A DNA stretch of 63,997 nucleotides, counting the filler, from Diploschistes diacapsis (Eukaryota), in assembly GCA_023645945.1 (NCBI GenBank). It is 18 parts of 18 records of this genome, joined end to end, with 100 filler letters (N's around TTAATTAATTAA, not from the genome) between each part and the next. Parts side by side here need not be neighbours in the genome. Positions count along the whole stretch, not along the records: positions 59,577 to 61,779 come from JALAIB010002322.1; positions 61,880 to 63,997 come from JALAIB010002359.1; 16 more parts are not named here. One strand, given 5' to 3'. The notes below the pieces were generated by a model. It was not told where the DNA came from. It searched no databases and saw nothing but the letters and a program-made list of their open reading frames with translations. Made by a program: the position numbers and the translations under genes. Positions 60,149-63,997 of this stretch are shown here, piece after piece (within the stretch, counting starts at the first letter, position 1; each line of letters begins with the position of its first letter).

Positions 60149-61779
60149 TGTTGAGCAGGCAGGCAGAATGCATGGCTGGGAAGTTCAGCTGAACCTACTG
60201 GGGTTCCTGCTAATCCTAATCGGGAGTAGTGCAAGTCTATAGGGCTTAGTGGATCCTATTGGTATAAGAGCTTACATGTAGATTCTTCCTTTTAGTTAGA
60301 TCTCTAGATATTTAAACTTCAATATATGCGTTATTTAAAAGATTATAAGCTCGGCTTAATTTACTATCCCGTCGCGTTTATATATTGAAAATAATATCTC
60401 CGGGCAGGTATTACCGTTACGACTACGGGATCCAATTACGCTACTTATTATAAGTTAAATTGAAGAAATCTTAAAAGCCCAAGATCTGGATTATAACACC
60501 TTAAGGTGGTCAGATCCAAAATAAAAGTTAAATTACTTATTAATAAAACGCGGGCACCGACTACGCTGCTCTAGAAGAGCTAAATTGGTTGAACTAAGTC
60601 AAAATTCAGGACTTGAGTTTAGGTTTATTTAGTTAACACCCGAAAACCTTTTTTCTCGATAATCATCGAAATCCAGCAGAATTTTATTGCTGCACTCATT
60701 CGATCACTTTAAATAAGTATCGAAGTTTAGTTAAACTCGCTAAACTTACTCGATTACCTTTATTTCTTTAATAGAAAATTCACACCTTTCTGCTTTATTT
60801 ATCAACGATTTATTAATTATAATTCATTCATTACATCAATCTTCTTTATTTACGAAAAACTGCAACCATGGAAGATATTATAAATAAAAAAAGAGTAGTT
60901 CCAGTACTGAGCAAAAAAAACCATAAGGAATGGTTTATACTAGTCAAGAATTATTTTCAAAACGAAGAAACAGACGACGTGTTATTGTACGAAATACCGC
61001 TTAGTTATAACACCGATATTCCAGCATCGAATAATTAATTCAGTTTAATACTTAAATCTTTATATATCAGGGATCAATAACGAAAGTATTAGGCCAAAGC
61101 TAATTATTAAATATATCTCTACACAAACGACGTCGACCACGAACGTATCGAGGACCTCGATACTCTTTACGTTAAATAGACATCTCTTAAGACTAAATAC
61201 GAAAAGGTCATTAAAAGCGAATGCCGATAATTACGACTCGAGTTTATTACGTATAAACTCTCGGACGATCAATTAATTATGGATGCCTAGGCATACCTAA
61301 TTCGCATTTAAAAGAAAATTAATGCTACTAAACTGAACTAAAAGTTTAGTACTAGATTAGTCTTTTAATAATTATTAGCTAGTTTCTTATCATCCTATAA
61401 CACGTTGGTTGACGGCATTGACGTTTAAATCGAAGAAGTCGATTTAAAGAACGTGAATTACGATAAATGACTGAATAAGCTATCCGATAAGTAGGCGAGC
61501 TTGAAGATTAAGGTTGTTATATATTCTAGCGATAGGCGTTACGATAATAATAAACGTTTTAACGATAAGCGAAACATTAGTCAACGACGCGTCAATAATA
61601 AATCTATAACGAACCGCTAAAGCAGGACACGCTTATTTGAATCTAAATTAGATAATTATTTTTTTTATAGAAACGATTATCGCGTATCGAAATATTCTTT
61701 CGCTCAGGAATTCCGTAAGTTTATTATAATAAGAAAGAAGCTTACTCGTAAATATCGTAATTATAATGCGGAGCAAGAT
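60149..61779 (+). mobile_element. RIP-degraded Copia 5' end: LTR, PBS and gag
   Basis: LTR 60149-60340, PBS gattataagctc (RIP form of GGTTATGAGCCC), gag ATG at 60868 (VPVLSKKNHKEWF). Confidence 0.75.
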
Positions 61780-62149
61780 NNNNNNNNNNNNNNNNNNNNN
61801 NNNNNNNNNNNNNNNNNNNNNNNTTAATTAATTAANNNNNNNNNNNNNNNNNNNNNNNNNNNNNNNNNNNNNNNNNNNNTTTAAGTATTATAATCTTTAT
61901 CTCTATAAGATAAACACGAGGTAATCTAATTAAGGTAGGTTTAGTCTTTATTAGAAAAGGAGTATAAAAAGAAAAAGAAATAGATCGATTATAAATCTAT
62001 ATTAATTTTTAAAAAGATTATTTTCTAATAATAAAGATAAACGAATATAAATTGATCTCGAGTAATTGTTAAAGATATTTATAAAAATAAATATATCCTA
62101 ATTTATAAGAACCATAACGCGTTCTTATATAAGCAACTACTCCCTAGCG

Positions 62150-62624
62150 GAATAAATCAATAGATAAATAAAACTACCGTTCTCCCGTTCTACCCACAAA
62201 AAGTAAAATAACCTCCAAGGCTTTCTACTCATCACGTGACCAGTGTCACCATGATTAGACTATATACAAGGAGTGGTTGGGTTAGGCCCGATCAGCTGTG
62301 AAGTACCAAGTGGACTACCACCTAGCTACTTGGATCGTAACAAACAGCTTTATTATCGGCAACCAACTATCGCTTTAAATTATATAAAAATACCGTTACG
62401 GCTCCTTTAAATCGGGACGTGTTTATCTTTATAGACATCTTTAGCGATTATTCGAGATCAATTTATATTCGTTACCTTCTATTAATAGAGAGTAATCTTT
62501 TTAAAAATCAGTACAGACTTATAACCGATTTACTTCTTCTCCTTCCATACTCCTCTTCTACCAGAGATCAAACTTACCTTAATCAATACCTCGTGTCTAC
62601 GTTGTAGAGATATAGATCATAACA
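62150..62624. repeat. Nested TGTTACGATCCAAG-family LTRs (minus copy ending 62342 abutting the 3' part of a plus copy ending 62624)
   Basis: ttggatcgtaaca at 62330-62342. 62343-62624 matches about 54530-54811. Confidence 0.75.
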
Positions 62625-62713
62625 CTATTATGATTCTATTTTTAATTAAAAATGATTCCATGATCGTACGTGTAGAAAATTGATAGAAAAGTTGAAAGTT
62701 TATAAAATTGCAT

Positions 62714-62907
62714 GGGGGGTATCCGTTCGCTATAAGTGTCCGTTCGCTATGCATATACGTTATAACGTATATAAATTTAATTTTTAAATAATTTAATTTT
62801 TATATTTAGTATTTACGAGAATTCGCTTACTTTCAAGATACTCTAAATTATATAATATGTTTGACGGGGATTCCGGCCACCCCCAGATTCCGACCACTTT
62901 TGCCAAG
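62714..62907. mobile_element. Two outward-facing pogo-type TIRs (62714-62760 and 62855-62907)
   Basis: tccgttcgctat x2 ending ..tacgt-TA. The second TIR matches 2630-2683. Confidence 0.65.
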
Positions 62908-63206
62908 TGTTGAACTAAACCGCTAGACCAAAAGATGCGCACCCCTTAACAAGCAGCAGTTCATATTTATATTCCGACACACTCCCGTAAACATGGCTCT
63001 GCGGCTTTTATTATTTACTAATATTCTTTTCAGTTAGATTAAATCTGCCGTAAACGGGACTCGACCTCAGATCTCTGAACTAAATGGTAAGGCGGGGACG
63101 CAGCGCAGTGAAAACGCTACCCGGGCTCATAACCTGTTGAACTAAACCGCTAGACCAAAAGATGCGCACCACTTAGCAAGCAGCAGTTCATGTTTATATT
63201 CCAACA
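62908..63206 (-). mobile_element. TRIM: 299-bp non-autonomous Copia derivative with two 72-bp LTRs
   Basis: LTRs 62908-62979 and 63135-63206 differ at 4 sites. PBS GGTTATGAGCCC at 63123-63134, PPT-like CGGGAGTG next to the 3' LTR, 155-bp non-coding interior. Confidence 0.88.
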
Positions 63207-63477
63207 ATAGGGAAACAGTGCTTCGGGTTTCGTGAAAGCATTGTGTTCAGTCTTTTGATTCAGTGGGATAGATGCTACCTATTAGGCACTACCCCCGCTG
63301 TTTCAATTTTATTTAATTTGGCCATATAACGGCTAGTTTTCGCTTTATCTAAATTCTCTAAAATGACTAAATGAGGCAGATCAGCCCAGGCGTGCCAAGC
63401 CACCAGGGTCACATGACGGCAGGGTCACATGACGAGTACCAACCGTGCCAAGGATGTTAGGGGGTGGCTGTGTAGGC

Positions 63478-63658
63478 GGGTAGAACCCGAACCCCATAGG
63501 GCTGGCATCTATATATTATTTATTCCTGCCACCTTCTTACCTAGATAGTTTCCTTTCTATCTTTTCGAATCGAGATCTTTTACCTATAGATATCTAGTTA
63601 TACGTAATCCTTCCGGATTAAGCCTAGTTCCCGATAATATAGTATCTTATTTCTGCGT
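63478..63658. repeat. Second, more RIP-mutated copy of the 659-840 repeat
   Basis: See 659-840. Confidence 0.7.
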
Positions 63659-63997
63659 TAGCGTTTTATATTCGAAAAGTTTATTTTATTTTCGCACTCG
63701 TGACGAAAGTTTAAAACGTTAATCGAATTGAGTATTCGAGTGAGTTTACGATAACCGGAACTCGAAAATATTACCCGCCGATTTATTATAAATAATAATT
63801 TCCGCTGATAAAAAGGATTAAAAGAAAAAAAAAGAATCGATAATATTTTCGTTTTTTAAAGAATTAATCGAGATACCATCGGTTAAAAAATACGATTTAA
63901 TAAATGAATCGTTAACTGAAGAATAATCTATAAAATATCCCGCGTTATAATAATTACTAACGCTAAAGATCTTCGAAGGATTTAATATTAGCAAAGA

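Overview
Filamentous-ascomycete (Pezizomycotina-type) genomic DNA with GT-AG introns and RIP-like TpA-rich transposon relics. The window is not a contiguous locus. It is 18 assembly pieces joined by 100-nt N-spacers containing TTAATTAATTAA. Seventeen pieces are about 2.2 kb and ordered by decreasing length; one is 24.7 kb (6981-31728). Adjacency across gaps therefore carries no information. Housekeeping genes are an SDR (partial), EFM7/NNT1 (partial), NSE2/MMS21, a BNA3-like aminotransferase (partial), OPA3-like (first exon), a divergent polo kinase (partial), a mitochondrial SAM-type carrier and APRT. The long contig holds a ~21 kb island of decayed accessory genes: PTH11-like, methyltransferase, FSH1/LovG-like hydrolase, HR-PKS, ankyrin, kinase and HeLo-like pseudokinase. 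Four observations stand out. (1) Two different Ty3/Gypsy chromoviruses carry antisense Cys6 zinc-cluster-like accessory genes downstream of pol, one apparently with three introns. (2) A Copia element with a 73-bp LTR and an intact gag has a matching 299-bp miniature (TRIM) relative. (3) A small secreted-protein gene is bracketed by ~100-bp inverted repeats (Pack-TIR-like). (4) A head-to-head kinase / HeLo-like pseudokinase pair is present. All calls come from manual reading; no database searches were run.
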